DNA of 64,000 nucleotides from an uncultured Bacteriovoracaceae bacterium (GTDB taxonomy: Bacteria > Desulfobacterota > Desulfomonilia > UBA1062), in assembly GCA_964618975.1 (NCBI GenBank), contig CAZUDI010000001.1:2234-66233 (forward strand), given 5' to 3'. Shown in pieces: positions 56,048-64,000 of this stretch. The translations under genes and the position numbers were made by a program. Below the pieces are notes generated by a model. That model was given only the letters and a program-made list of their open reading frames with translations, made no database searches and was not told the DNA's origin. Position 1 is the stretch's first letter. Every line of letters starts with the position of its first letter.

Positions 56048-58298
56048 CTTGCTTTTCCTTCTTCCCCTGTTGGAAAATCCCCTCCAGGGACTTGACCTCC
56101 CCGTATTTCTGCCGGTAGAGTTCGTCGACCTTCTCGTCCGAGTCGATGATGGCCGGGGTTACAAATATGAAGAGATTGGTCTTCTCGCTCGTGCGCGTCT
56201 TGGACTTGAAAAGCCAACCGAGCACCGGGATCCTCCCCAGAAGCGGCACGCGCGTCTCGCCCAGGGTGAGGGTATCCCCGATCAGCCCACCGATAACCAG
56301 GGTGGTGCCGTCCTTCACGGTCACCGTGGTGGTGGCCGAGCGTTTCAGGGTGGTGGGGGCGTACTCCTGCTCGCCGGTGCCCTCCACCAACGTGGTGATC
56401 TCCTGGAAGATGTCCATGCGGATGGTGCCCTGCTGGTTGATCTGGGGCGTCATGCGCAGGGTCACCCCCACGTCGCGATAATCAAAGGTGCGCACCGTGT
56501 TGGAGATGTTGGTGGAATCGGTCGTCTCGCGGGTGACATAGGGCACATTGGCGCCGACCACGATCTCGGCCTCCTTGTTGTCCATGGTGATGATCTGTGG
56601 GGTGGAGATGATGTTGACGTCCGTGTCCTCGGCCATGGCGTTGATGAAGGAGGTCAAGTTGGGGAAGGTGATGGCACTGTCCCCGCTACCGATGGTGATG
56701 GCCTCGCCCACCACGCCCAGCAGCGCCCCGGCGGGCAGATTGGAGGCGCTCGTGAAGCTGGAGCCGGTCCTGGCAATCACGCCACCCAGGCGATTCGTCG
56801 GACCCCAGGTGTCCGAATCGCTGTCGTAGCTCCAGCTGTGACGGTCGTACTCGAAATCCTCGAAGGCGGTCCACTCTACGCCCACCTTGAAGTCCTTGTC
56901 GGTCTTGACCTCCATGATAAGCGCCTTCACATAGACCTGTTTGCGCGGGATGTCGAGGTACTTGATGGTCTCGACGATACTGCGGTAGGTGTGCGGGTCG
57001 GCATAGATGATCAGCGAGTTGGTTTCCTTGTCGGGCGAAATCTTGAACGACTGCTTACCGCTGCTGGTGGTGGACTTGGCCTTGGCGGCCGCCGTGGCCT
57101 CCGGGCTCTCCGGGGTGGGGATGTCGCTCAGGACCGTGGACAGATCCTCGGCGTTGGCATACTGCAGATAGTAGACATGGACGTCTTCCTTGCCGGTAGG
57201 GGTGGGGATGTCGATGCGTTCGATGAGACCTTCGATCTCCTTCATGTCCAGGGCCGAGGCCAGGACGATAAGGGCGTTGGTCCGCTCGTCCGGGATGATC
57301 TTGGCCTCGGCCCGCCCGGCGAGCGTTCCGGGCTGGACACGCGTGCGCACGGTGCGCTGGGCCGTGCCGGTTTCCTGGGCCAGGATCTGTGTGAGCTTGG
57401 CGCTCAGGTCCGTGGCCGTGGCATAGCTGAGCGGAAAGATCCGGACCTCCTGGGCGAATCCGGGTACGTCCACCACCTTGAGGATGTCGAGGATCTTCTT
57501 GATATTGGAGAGTACATCGGTGACGATGAGCACGTTGCTCTGCGGGTAGGCCAACATCTGTGAGGTTCCCTTGGACATGAGCGGCGAGAGCAGCGTGCGC
57601 ATGTCGTTGGAGTCGGCATAGGTCAGCGGGATGATCTGGGTCACCATGCGGTCCTGATGGGAGGAAGGCACCGACTGGGTGGTCTCCAGACTCTTGGTGA
57701 TCGCGTCCGCGGATTTAACCACCTTGATGACGCTGCCCGCCGGCACGGTGCCGTAGCCGTTGACCTCGAGCACACTCAGAAAGACCTGATAGGCCTCGTC
57801 CAGGGTCATCTTGCGCGGGGAGATCACGGTGACCTTGCCGGTCACCTTGTCGTCGATGATGAAGTTTCTGGCCGTGATATCGGCGATGAATTTGATGAAA
57901 ACCTTAATATCAACGCCGTCAAAATCCATAGTGACATACTGGTCTTCTTCCGCACCCTGCTCCGGAGGCGCCGCCGTCCGGGCAGGCGTGGCCTGTGTGG
58001 GCAGGGCACCCGGGGCCGCGGGCCCTCGTCTGGTCTCGCGCGGCTCCGCCTGAGTTGTGCGCCCGGAAGGTGCCACCTGGATCTCCGGACTGGCCACGCG
58101 CGGCGGAGCGTTCTCGGGCTCCGGTGTTTTCCCTGGTGCGGTGTCTGTCCCCTTCTGTGCCGCTTCCTGTTTCACGGGCGCACCCTGTTCCTGCATGAGC
58201 TTGACCGCCCACACCGGGCCTGAGCCCAGGGACATGATCATAATCACCATCAGGAACACCCTGCATCTATTCACCATCTCTCCCCCTTCATCCTTCAT
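56028..58298 (-). CDS. gspD: secretin GspD/PulD-family outer-membrane channel
   Basis: The 756-aa protein has a signal peptide, a low-complexity Pro/Ala linker, N domains and a C-terminal secretin domain (NALIVLAS...VPLLGRIPVLGWLF). Confidence 0.85.
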   Translation of the reverse strand: MKDEGGEMVNRCRVFLMVIMIMSLGSGPVWAVKLMQEQGAPVKQEAAQKGTDTAPGKTPEPENAPPRVASPEIQVAPSGRTTQAEPRETRRGPAAPGALPTQATPARTAAPPEQGAEEDQYVTMDFDGVDIKVFIKFIADITARNFIIDDKVTGKVTVISPRKMTLDEAYQVFLSVLEVNGYGTVPAGSVIKVVKSADAITKSLETTQSVPSSHQDRMVTQIIPLTYADSNDMRTLLSPLMSKGTSQMLAYPQSNVLIVTDVLSNIKKILDILKVVDVPGFAQEVRIFPLSYATATDLSAKLTQILAQETGTAQRTVRTRVQPGTLAGRAEAKIIPDERTNALIVLASALDMKEIEGLIERIDIPTPTGKEDVHVYYLQYANAEDLSTVLSDIPTPESPEATAAAKAKSTTSSGKQSFKISPDKETNSLIIYADPHTYRSIVETIKYLDIPRKQVYVKALIMEVKTDKDFKVGVEWTAFEDFEYDRHSWSYDSDSDTWGPTNRLGGVIARTGSSFTSASNLPAGALLGVVGEAITIGSGDSAITFPNLTSFINAMAEDTDVNIISTPQIITMDNKEAEIVVGANVPYVTRETTDSTNISNTVRTFDYRDVGVTLRMTPQINQQGTIRMDIFQEITTLVEGTGEQEYAPTTLKRSATTTVTVKDGTTLVIGGLIGDTLTLGETRVPLLGRIPVLGWLFKSKTRTSEKTNLFIFVTPAIIDSDEKVDELYRQKYGEVKSLEGIFQQGKKEKQDANPEP

Positions 58299-59020
58299 TC
58301 CCGGCCGATCAGGGCCCGGTACGCCGCCTCATCCTCGAGAGACTCGAGGTCGGGATCCCCGGCGGCCCACTGTCTGACTGCGTCATGCATGGCAGATGCC
58401 CGTTCCAGATAGGCGAGGGCCTGCGGCCGGTCACCCTTCTGGGCATACGCACACGCCAGATTATATATCGGTTCGACAAAATCTGCGTTGTCCCTTAAGG
58501 CCTTGTGAAAATAGTCGATGGCGCGCTCCGTCTCCCCCATGGCGAGCAGGACGCTACCCGTGTTGTTGAGCACCCGGGCGTCATGACGGAAATATTTCAG
58601 GGCTCGGGTGTAGGTGATGAGCGCCTGATTGTATTCCCCGTGGCTGAAATAGAGACCTCCCAGCTGGAGATAGGCCTCCACCCTGTCAGGGGTGAGTTTC
58701 AATACATCCTCATATGCCCTGATGGCCTCGTAGGCCTGTCCGGATTTACGCAGGGCCTCGGCCTCAAGGAACATCTCGGGCGCGCTTAAGGGGGCGGCCT
58801 GCGGGAGGGACTCTTCGGCCTGCACGGCAAGGCCCTCCCGACCCTTGTCGCCGCCAAGGGTCAGAAATACCAGGGAGGTCACGGCAAAGGTGATCAGTAC
58901 GGCGGCCAGCACAAACCCCATCCGGGGCACCCTGCCCCCCCCCGTGGCGATCTCAGCGCCCTGAGACATACCCGTGTCTGTCGCCTGGGCCTTGTTGAGG
59001 GCATCATAGATCGAGCTCAC
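58295..59020 (-). CDS. membrane-anchored TPR-repeat protein
   Basis: It has an N-terminal TM (FVLAAVLITFAVTSLVFLTL) and at least 4 TPR repeats, and is ATGA-coupled to gspD. Confidence 0.65.
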   Translation of the reverse strand: MSSIYDALNKAQATDTGMSQGAEIATGGGRVPRMGFVLAAVLITFAVTSLVFLTLGGDKGREGLAVQAEESLPQAAPLSAPEMFLEAEALRKSGQAYEAIRAYEDVLKLTPDRVEAYLQLGGLYFSHGEYNQALITYTRALKYFRHDARVLNNTGSVLLAMGETERAIDYFHKALRDNADFVEPIYNLACAYAQKGDRPQALAYLERASAMHDAVRQWAAGDPDLESLEDEAAYRALIGRE

Positions 59021-60558
59021 GGCCTTTCCCTCCCGAGCATGCCCATGAGGGCCAGGGTCTCGGGTCCGACGATGCCATCCCGGCGCAGGCCGTAGTCCTC
59101 CTGCAGCCTTTCCACCCCGGCCGCGGTTTCCACGCCATAGACCCCGTCCGGCTCGATCGTGAGGTAGCCCTTCTTGGCGAGTACGACCTGGATCAGACGC
59201 ACCTCATCGCCCTCATCGGCCAGACGCAAAATTCTCGTCTCAAGGGAGCGGGTATAGCTCACCATGATATTCCACTTGTAGAGCTGGACAAACACATCCA
59301 TGGGGATTTCGAAAACGCCCCGGGAGGGTCCCACCACGCGCACGTAATCGCCCTCGCAGACCGAGACCACGCCGTAGCCTCCGGCCACCGAGGCGATGAA
59401 GGGCCGGTCCATGTGACGGAGGCTCTCGGGTGTGGGGTGCAGATTCAGATCGTCCGGACCCCGAAGCCCCTCAGGAATCTGGTACAGCAGTTCCAGGGCC
59501 GTCTGGTATCCGGGAACGATCCAGTCGCGCCTGATAGGGACGTTCTCCCCTTGCGCCGCAGGGGAGACACCACCCGTGGTGGTCGCCGTCTGCGTGAGGA
59601 TCGCGGCAGGGGATATCGTTTCCGCAACCGGGGTCACCCTTGAGGGGATGATACCTGTCGGCAGCATAGGCCACAGGAAGGCCACGGCGATCATGGCCAC
59701 TGCCAGGACCCCGGCGGGCATGAGAATGGCGCGCCAGAAGGCCGGGGACGCATATTCGCCCCTGAGCTCGCGCACGGCCGTCTGGATGATGGGGGCATCG
59801 ATTTTACGGGTTCCCTTGAGGTAGGCGATCAGCAGCGCCCTCTCGCATACGGCGTTGATCCGTCGCGGGAGTCCCGAGGAAAAGCCCATGATGCGCCTCA
59901 GGGCGCTACGGGTGAAGCGGATGTCGCCATGCGAGCCCGAAACCATGAGCCGATGCGCGATGTAGTCCCGGGTCTCGTCTCTGCTCAGCGGCCCGATGGC
60001 ATATCGCAGCACGATACGATCATTGATCTGTTTGAGGGAGGAGGACGCAAGCATCCCGGCAAGTTCGGGTTGTCCCACCATGATGATCTGCAGCAGTTTT
60101 TCCTTCTCCGTCTCCAGATTCGAGAGCATGCGCACCTGCTCGAGGACGTGCGCGTCCATGTTCTGGCATTCGTCGATGATCAGCACAGCGTTGCCGCCTG
60201 TGAATTTGACCTCGAGCAGGAAGGCATTGAGCTCGTCGAGCAGGGCCTTCTTCGAGCTCAGTTCGGCCTGCAGGCCGAACTCCTGGTTGATGGACTGGAG
60301 CAGTTCCAGGTCAGACAGGGAGGGGTTCAGGATCAGGGCTGTCTTGGTGTTGCTCCCCAGCATGCCGAGAAGCGCCCGGCACAGGGTGGTCTTCCCGGTG
60401 CCCACCTCTCCGGTGACGAGCACGAAGCCCTTCTTCTGCTCGATCCCGTAGCGCAGATGTGAAAGGGCCTCCTTGTGCACGTCGGAGAGGAAGAGGTACT
60501 GCGGATCCGGCGTCAGATTGAAGGGGTTTTCCTTGAGCCCGAAGTATCTCTCAAACAC
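59017..60558 (-). CDS. ExeA/GspA-family AAA ATPase with C-terminal peptidoglycan-binding domain
   Basis: It has a Walker A GEVGTGKTT and a C-terminal PG_binding_1-like LAKKGYLTIEPDGVYGVETAAGVERLQEDYGLRRDGIVGPETL. Confidence 0.75.
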   Translation of the reverse strand: MFERYFGLKENPFNLTPDPQYLFLSDVHKEALSHLRYGIEQKKGFVLVTGEVGTGKTTLCRALLGMLGSNTKTALILNPSLSDLELLQSINQEFGLQAELSSKKALLDELNAFLLEVKFTGGNAVLIIDECQNMDAHVLEQVRMLSNLETEKEKLLQIIMVGQPELAGMLASSSLKQINDRIVLRYAIGPLSRDETRDYIAHRLMVSGSHGDIRFTRSALRRIMGFSSGLPRRINAVCERALLIAYLKGTRKIDAPIIQTAVRELRGEYASPAFWRAILMPAGVLAVAMIAVAFLWPMLPTGIIPSRVTPVAETISPAAILTQTATTTGGVSPAAQGENVPIRRDWIVPGYQTALELLYQIPEGLRGPDDLNLHPTPESLRHMDRPFIASVAGGYGVVSVCEGDYVRVVGPSRGVFEIPMDVFVQLYKWNIMVSYTRSLETRILRLADEGDEVRLIQVVLAKKGYLTIEPDGVYGVETAAGVERLQEDYGLRRDGIVGPETLALMGMLGRERP

Positions 60559-60584
60559 GGCGACTCGTCCTCAAATTCACCTAG

Positions 60585-61433
60585 CTATTGCAGCGGAACC
60601 GTGAGATTGATGGATGAACCCCTGCGTTCCAGCTCCACCTCAACCGCGGTCTCGTTCTGCATCTCCTGGTACAGCTTGAAGGCGTCCTCGGGCGTTCGGA
60701 TGGGCTGCCCGTTGACCGCGCGGATGACATCCCCGGAGCGCACCCCGAGATCATAGATCATGGACTCCCTCTCCACATTGCTCACCCTGAATCCATAGGC
60801 CTCGCCACCCTTGAAATACGGTACCACCCGCGCCTTGCCGATATATTCGTCGAGGTTCTGCATGATATTGCTCAACCCGGAAAGGTCCCCGGGCTCCGGA
60901 CCGGACAGGGTCGGCGCACCGGGTGCGGCGGCCCTGGGTCGTGCAGCACTCGGGGTGGATCCCTTGGCCTCCTCCACGACGAGCATCTGCTCTTGCCCCC
61001 CTACATCCATGATGACCTTGTTGCGGTATATGGCCAGAAGTTCGGCCCCCTTGATGCGGTCGCCCACCTGGTAGATCTCCTGCTGGCGCTTCTCCTCGAT
61101 AATGGCCCGGGCGATCTCCTTGGAACCGGTAATGGTGCCCTTCAGGGTCAGGCCCATCTCGGCCAGCGGCCTGACGATGTCCTCCTCCACGGGGGCCCTG
61201 TCGCTCTTGGGTCCGCTGCGGGCCACCTTCAGAAGGTCGCGCTGCATGATCACGTCGTAGTAGCCCCTGGTCTTGGAGGCCTGTTTCTGGGTAGGGAGCG
61301 CCTGGGGGGCCGCGGCGGGCCGCGGCGGCTCGTAGAGTAGATGCCCGGCGATGGTTGTGATGATACCGGAAAGCACCCAGAGGGTCAGGGTCAGGATCCC
61401 GAGGTCGATCAACCACCTATACCGCCTGGGCAC
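60585..61433 (-). CDS. gspC: type II secretion system protein GspC-like (N-terminal TM + C-terminal PDZ domain)
   Basis: It has a TM anchor (IDLGILTLTLWVLSGIITTIAG) and a PDZ domain (GFRVSNVERESMIYDLGVRSGDVIRAVNGQPI). Confidence 0.65.
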   Translation of the reverse strand: MPRRYRWLIDLGILTLTLWVLSGIITTIAGHLLYEPPRPAAAPQALPTQKQASKTRGYYDVIMQRDLLKVARSGPKSDRAPVEEDIVRPLAEMGLTLKGTITGSKEIARAIIEEKRQQEIYQVGDRIKGAELLAIYRNKVIMDVGGQEQMLVVEEAKGSTPSAARPRAAAPGAPTLSGPEPGDLSGLSNIMQNLDEYIGKARVVPYFKGGEAYGFRVSNVERESMIYDLGVRSGDVIRAVNGQPIRTPEDAFKLYQEMQNETAVEVELERRGSSINLTVPLQ

Positions 61434-61576
61434 GCTTCACCTCACCCTTCTTGTACATATGCATCTGACGGACGCTTCCCTGTTCATAACCGCACCCTGC
61501 CGGTCAGCCGGTTGTCCGCTCGGGTCCTGCTCGGCACCTCTGACCTGCGCCCTTTTCTTCACTTGGCAGCCCCCCT

Positions 61577-63595
61577 TCATCGATTGTCGAACCCCGCAAA
61601 ACGCATATTGAAGCTCCCCCTGCCCCTGGTCAGAGACCTGAGCTGCGTGGAATAGCCGAAGGTCTGTGACAGGGGTATAAAGGCCTTGACCGAGTGGTAC
61701 TTACCCTTGATGGTCACACCCTCCACACTGGACTTGCGGGCACTCAGGTCCCCCACCACGTCGCCGACGTGCTCCTCCGGCACAAGCGCATCCAGTTCCA
61801 TGATGGGTTCAAGCCTGACCATCTCGGCCCGGCGCAGGGCATCATGCAGCGCCATCTGAGATGCGATCTTGATTCCCTGCGGGGTGGTCTTGTCGTTGAC
61901 GAGCAGCTTGCTCACCCGCACCGCGGTATCCACCACCTCGAATCCGAAGACCGGGTCGGCCAGGCAGGCCTCTTTCAGCCCCGCCAGCAGATTCTCACGC
62001 AACTCATCGACATTCCCGTCCGGCAATTCAAATACATTGCCCTCGCCGCGCTTGACGGGGGCCACATTCACCACCACATGGCCGTGGTGCTCAACCTCGC
62101 CGATCTTTTTATCGAAAACCACCTCGGCCTGGGAGGCGTTTGAAACCGTGCTGCAGTAGAGGACCTGGGGTTTACCCACATTGATATCCACCCCATAGGT
62201 GGTACGAAAACGGTCCAGGGCGATCTCCAGATGCAGTTCGCCCATACCCTCGAGGATGACCTGACCCGTATCCGGGTCCTCCTCCACCTTGATGGTGGGG
62301 TCCTCCTCCATCATCTTGCGCATGGAGAGGGAGAGCCTTTCGGCCGCATCCGAGCTCTTGGGCTCGATGGCCACCGCGATCACGGGCTTGAGCACGTCGA
62401 TGGGTTCCAGGACGAGCTGCGCACCGTCCGTGGACAGGGTATCACCGGTAATGGCATCCTTCAGTCCCATCACAGCCACGAGGTCGCCGGCCGAGGCGCT
62501 CTCGATACGCTGCTTGTGGTGGGCGTGCATCTGGAAGATGCGCGAGATCTTCTCCTTGCTATCGCGGGTTGTATTGAAGACCTCCTGACCCACCGCGAGG
62601 GTTCCCGCGTAGATCCGCAGGTACACCAGCCGGCGGCCTTCGTCCATATAGACCTTGAATACATAGGCCACCAGGGGAGGCTCCGGGTTAGCCTCGATCA
62701 TGACCTTCTCACCGGTGAGCTTGTCATGGCCGATCACGGGGTGCACCTCGTGGGGGGAGGGCAGGTAATCGATGACGGCATCGATGAGTGGCTGAATGCC
62801 CTTGTTCTTGAGCGCCGAGCCGCAGAGCACCGGCACCACCTGATTGGCGATCGTGGCTCGCCGGATGGCGGTCCTGATATCCTCGGGGGCAATCTCCTCG
62901 GCCGCCAGATAACGCTCCATGATGGCGTCATCGTAATCCGCGAGGATCTCCAGCATGCGCTCCCTGGCCCGGTGTGCCTCTTCGCGGATGTCTTCCGGGA
63001 GGGGATGCACCTCGTATTCCATGCCCTGGCTGTCCCGTGACCATACCAGCAGTCGCATGCCGATCAGGTCCGCCACGGCCCTGAATTCGTCTCCCGCATA
63101 ATACGGTATCTGCAGGGGCAGGGAGCGGACCTCGAGACGCTCGTCCATCTGGCTGAGCACGGAGGTGAAATCGGCCCCTATGCGGTCAAGTTTGTTAACG
63201 AAGGCCATCAGCGGAACCCTGTTCTTGCGCGCCTGGAGGCAAACGGTCTCGGTCTGGGCCTCAACCCCACCCACTGCACACAGGATCATAACCGCCCCGT
63301 CCAGGACCTTGAGACTGCGCTCCACCTCGATGGTGAAATCCACATGCCCCGGGGTATCGATGATATGAATCTCGTGATCGTTCCACTGGCAGGTAGTCAC
63401 GGCCGAGGTGATGGTGATGCCCCGCTGCTGTTCCTGGGGCATCCAGTCCATGGTGGCCTGTCCATCATGCACCTCGCCCATACGGTGGATCTTGCCGGTA
63501 TAGAAGAGCACGCGTTCGGTGACCGTGGTCTTGCCCGCATCGATGTGCGCAACAAATCCGATATTCCGTACTCGTGAAAGTTTGCCTGGTTTCAT
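61577..63595 (-). CDS. fusA: elongation factor G (EF-G2-type paralog, 672 aa)
   Basis: It has G motifs AHIDAGKTT, DTPGHVDF and NKLD, and five-domain EF-G architecture. Confidence 0.85.
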   Translation of the reverse strand: MKPGKLSRVRNIGFVAHIDAGKTTVTERVLFYTGKIHRMGEVHDGQATMDWMPQEQQRGITITSAVTTCQWNDHEIHIIDTPGHVDFTIEVERSLKVLDGAVMILCAVGGVEAQTETVCLQARKNRVPLMAFVNKLDRIGADFTSVLSQMDERLEVRSLPLQIPYYAGDEFRAVADLIGMRLLVWSRDSQGMEYEVHPLPEDIREEAHRARERMLEILADYDDAIMERYLAAEEIAPEDIRTAIRRATIANQVVPVLCGSALKNKGIQPLIDAVIDYLPSPHEVHPVIGHDKLTGEKVMIEANPEPPLVAYVFKVYMDEGRRLVYLRIYAGTLAVGQEVFNTTRDSKEKISRIFQMHAHHKQRIESASAGDLVAVMGLKDAITGDTLSTDGAQLVLEPIDVLKPVIAVAIEPKSSDAAERLSLSMRKMMEEDPTIKVEEDPDTGQVILEGMGELHLEIALDRFRTTYGVDINVGKPQVLYCSTVSNASQAEVVFDKKIGEVEHHGHVVVNVAPVKRGEGNVFELPDGNVDELRENLLAGLKEACLADPVFGFEVVDTAVRVSKLLVNDKTTPQGIKIASQMALHDALRRAEMVRLEPIMELDALVPEEHVGDVVGDLSARKSSVEGVTIKGKYHSVKAFIPLSQTFGYSTQLRSLTRGRGSFNMRFAGFDNR

Positions 63596-63617
63596 GCATT
63601 CTTACCCGTTCGTGGCA

Positions 63618-64000
63618 TTATATCTCAAGATCGACCTCATATACATACTTCATTTCATGCCCGAGAAACAGCTCCCCGAGCTCGATGAAGCGCGGTGCGG
63701 TGTCCGTCAGGTAATATAGCACATCCCCTTTCCCGGTGCATGCCCGATCTTGGCCGAACAACTGTGTAACCTCCAAGGCGGTTGACAGGGCCGAGTCCAC
63801 GATCTCGACCTTCGGCCCCAGGACCGTGGACAGGGTGTCTTTCAGCAGAGGGTAGTGGGTGCAGCCCAGAAGCAGGGTATCGATTCCCACCTCCCTCAGG
63901 CCGGCCAGATAGCGCCGGGCAACCTCCTGCGTGATGGCATCCTCGCACCAGCCCTCTTCCACCAGGGGCACAAAGAGCGGACAGGCCTGCACAAAGACGT
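63618..64000 (-). CDS. murI: glutamate racemase, C-terminal part (gene continues beyond window end)
   Basis: It has a LLLGCTHYPLL motif, and the ORF is open at the window edge. Confidence 0.7.
   Translation of the reverse strand, partial: VFVQACPLFVPLVEEGWCEDAITQEVARRYLAGLREVGIDTLLLGCTHYPLLKDTLSTVLGPKVEIVDSALSTALEVTQLFGQDRACTGKGDVLYYLTDTAPRFIELGELFLGHEMKYVYEVDLEI

Noticed and set aside
1-64000. CRISPR arrays, tRNA/rRNA genes, transposase or integrase genes.
   Set aside because: No regularly spaced direct repeats with unique spacers are present. No T-loop/anticodon-arm-like cloverleaf candidates turned up in intergenic regions. I saw no ORF with transposase or integrase motifs, so the dispersed repeats appear non-autonomous.

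Overview
This is a high-GC (~65%) chromosomal segment whose gene content (2-hydroxyacyl-CoA dehydratase / benzoyl-CoA-reductase-like radical enzymes, DUF3795, YkgJ, EFR1 ferredoxin, split FeoB, Tat-rubredoxin, a T2SS-like secretin module) points to an anaerobic, probably Desulfobacterota-type organism. I support about 70 protein-coding genes and found no rRNA, tRNA or CRISPR.

Main blocks, in order:
- **Dehydratase/BCR-like cluster (194-6980, + strand):** an HgdB-like beta subunit, a 77-aa ORF, two tandemly duplicated HgdA-like alpha subunits, two tandem HgdC/BcrAD-type ATPase activases and a Cys-motif unknown protein. Most junctions are ATGA-coupled.
- **Minus-strand accessory genes (7311-11606):** esterase, hotdog thioesterase, ADP-ribosylglycohydrolase, DUF3795, minimal metallopeptidase, a Cys-cluster protein and YajD HNH.
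- **Metabolic and stress genes (11819-24896):** an ilvB-type TPP enzyme preceded by a putative Leu/Val-rich leader peptide and attenuator hairpin, an MBL hydrolase, a Spy/CpxP-like chaperone and a GGDEF cyclase. A separate orphan pair, an XdhC accessory factor plus a cysteine desulfurase, sits at 22469-24896.
- **Iron module (25042-29552):** a Tat-signal rubredoxin, an outer-membrane beta-barrel and a Fur-controlled feo operon (fur, two feoA, FeoB split into G-domain and permease genes, a small membrane protein), with a Fur-box-like palindrome upstream of fur.
- **Regulated transketolase and translation genes (29908-41150):** DUF89, Mrp/ApbC, a TetR regulator with a split transketolase and an unknown protein, and the rpsB-tsf-pyrH-frr operon.
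- **Metal and sugar signalling (42931-51700):** an ArsR regulator and CDF transporter behind a perfect TTGACA-17-TATATT promoter overlapped by a 16-bp palindrome, ptsP, an ADP-forming acyl-CoA synthetase, trmO, and a 57-aa ferredoxin missed by the ORF track.
- **AT-rich island and secretion module (51946-64000):** an IHF/HU gene, radA, a gspC-exeA-TPR-gspD-gspE module with no pseudopilins, GspF or prepilin peptidase in the window, an EF-G paralog and a partial murI.

The most unusual feature is a dispersed family of at least 11 MITE/REP-like imperfect-palindromic elements of about 70-240 bp. They begin TTAATC(A/G)..ATGGG, carry GAATTCCCC, GCAAGCC/GGCTTGC and GGGGTTCATCCCC motifs, and end in GATTAA. 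All copies are intergenic, several are tandem or composite, and in several cases the element terminus supplies the stop (or start) codon of the adjacent gene.
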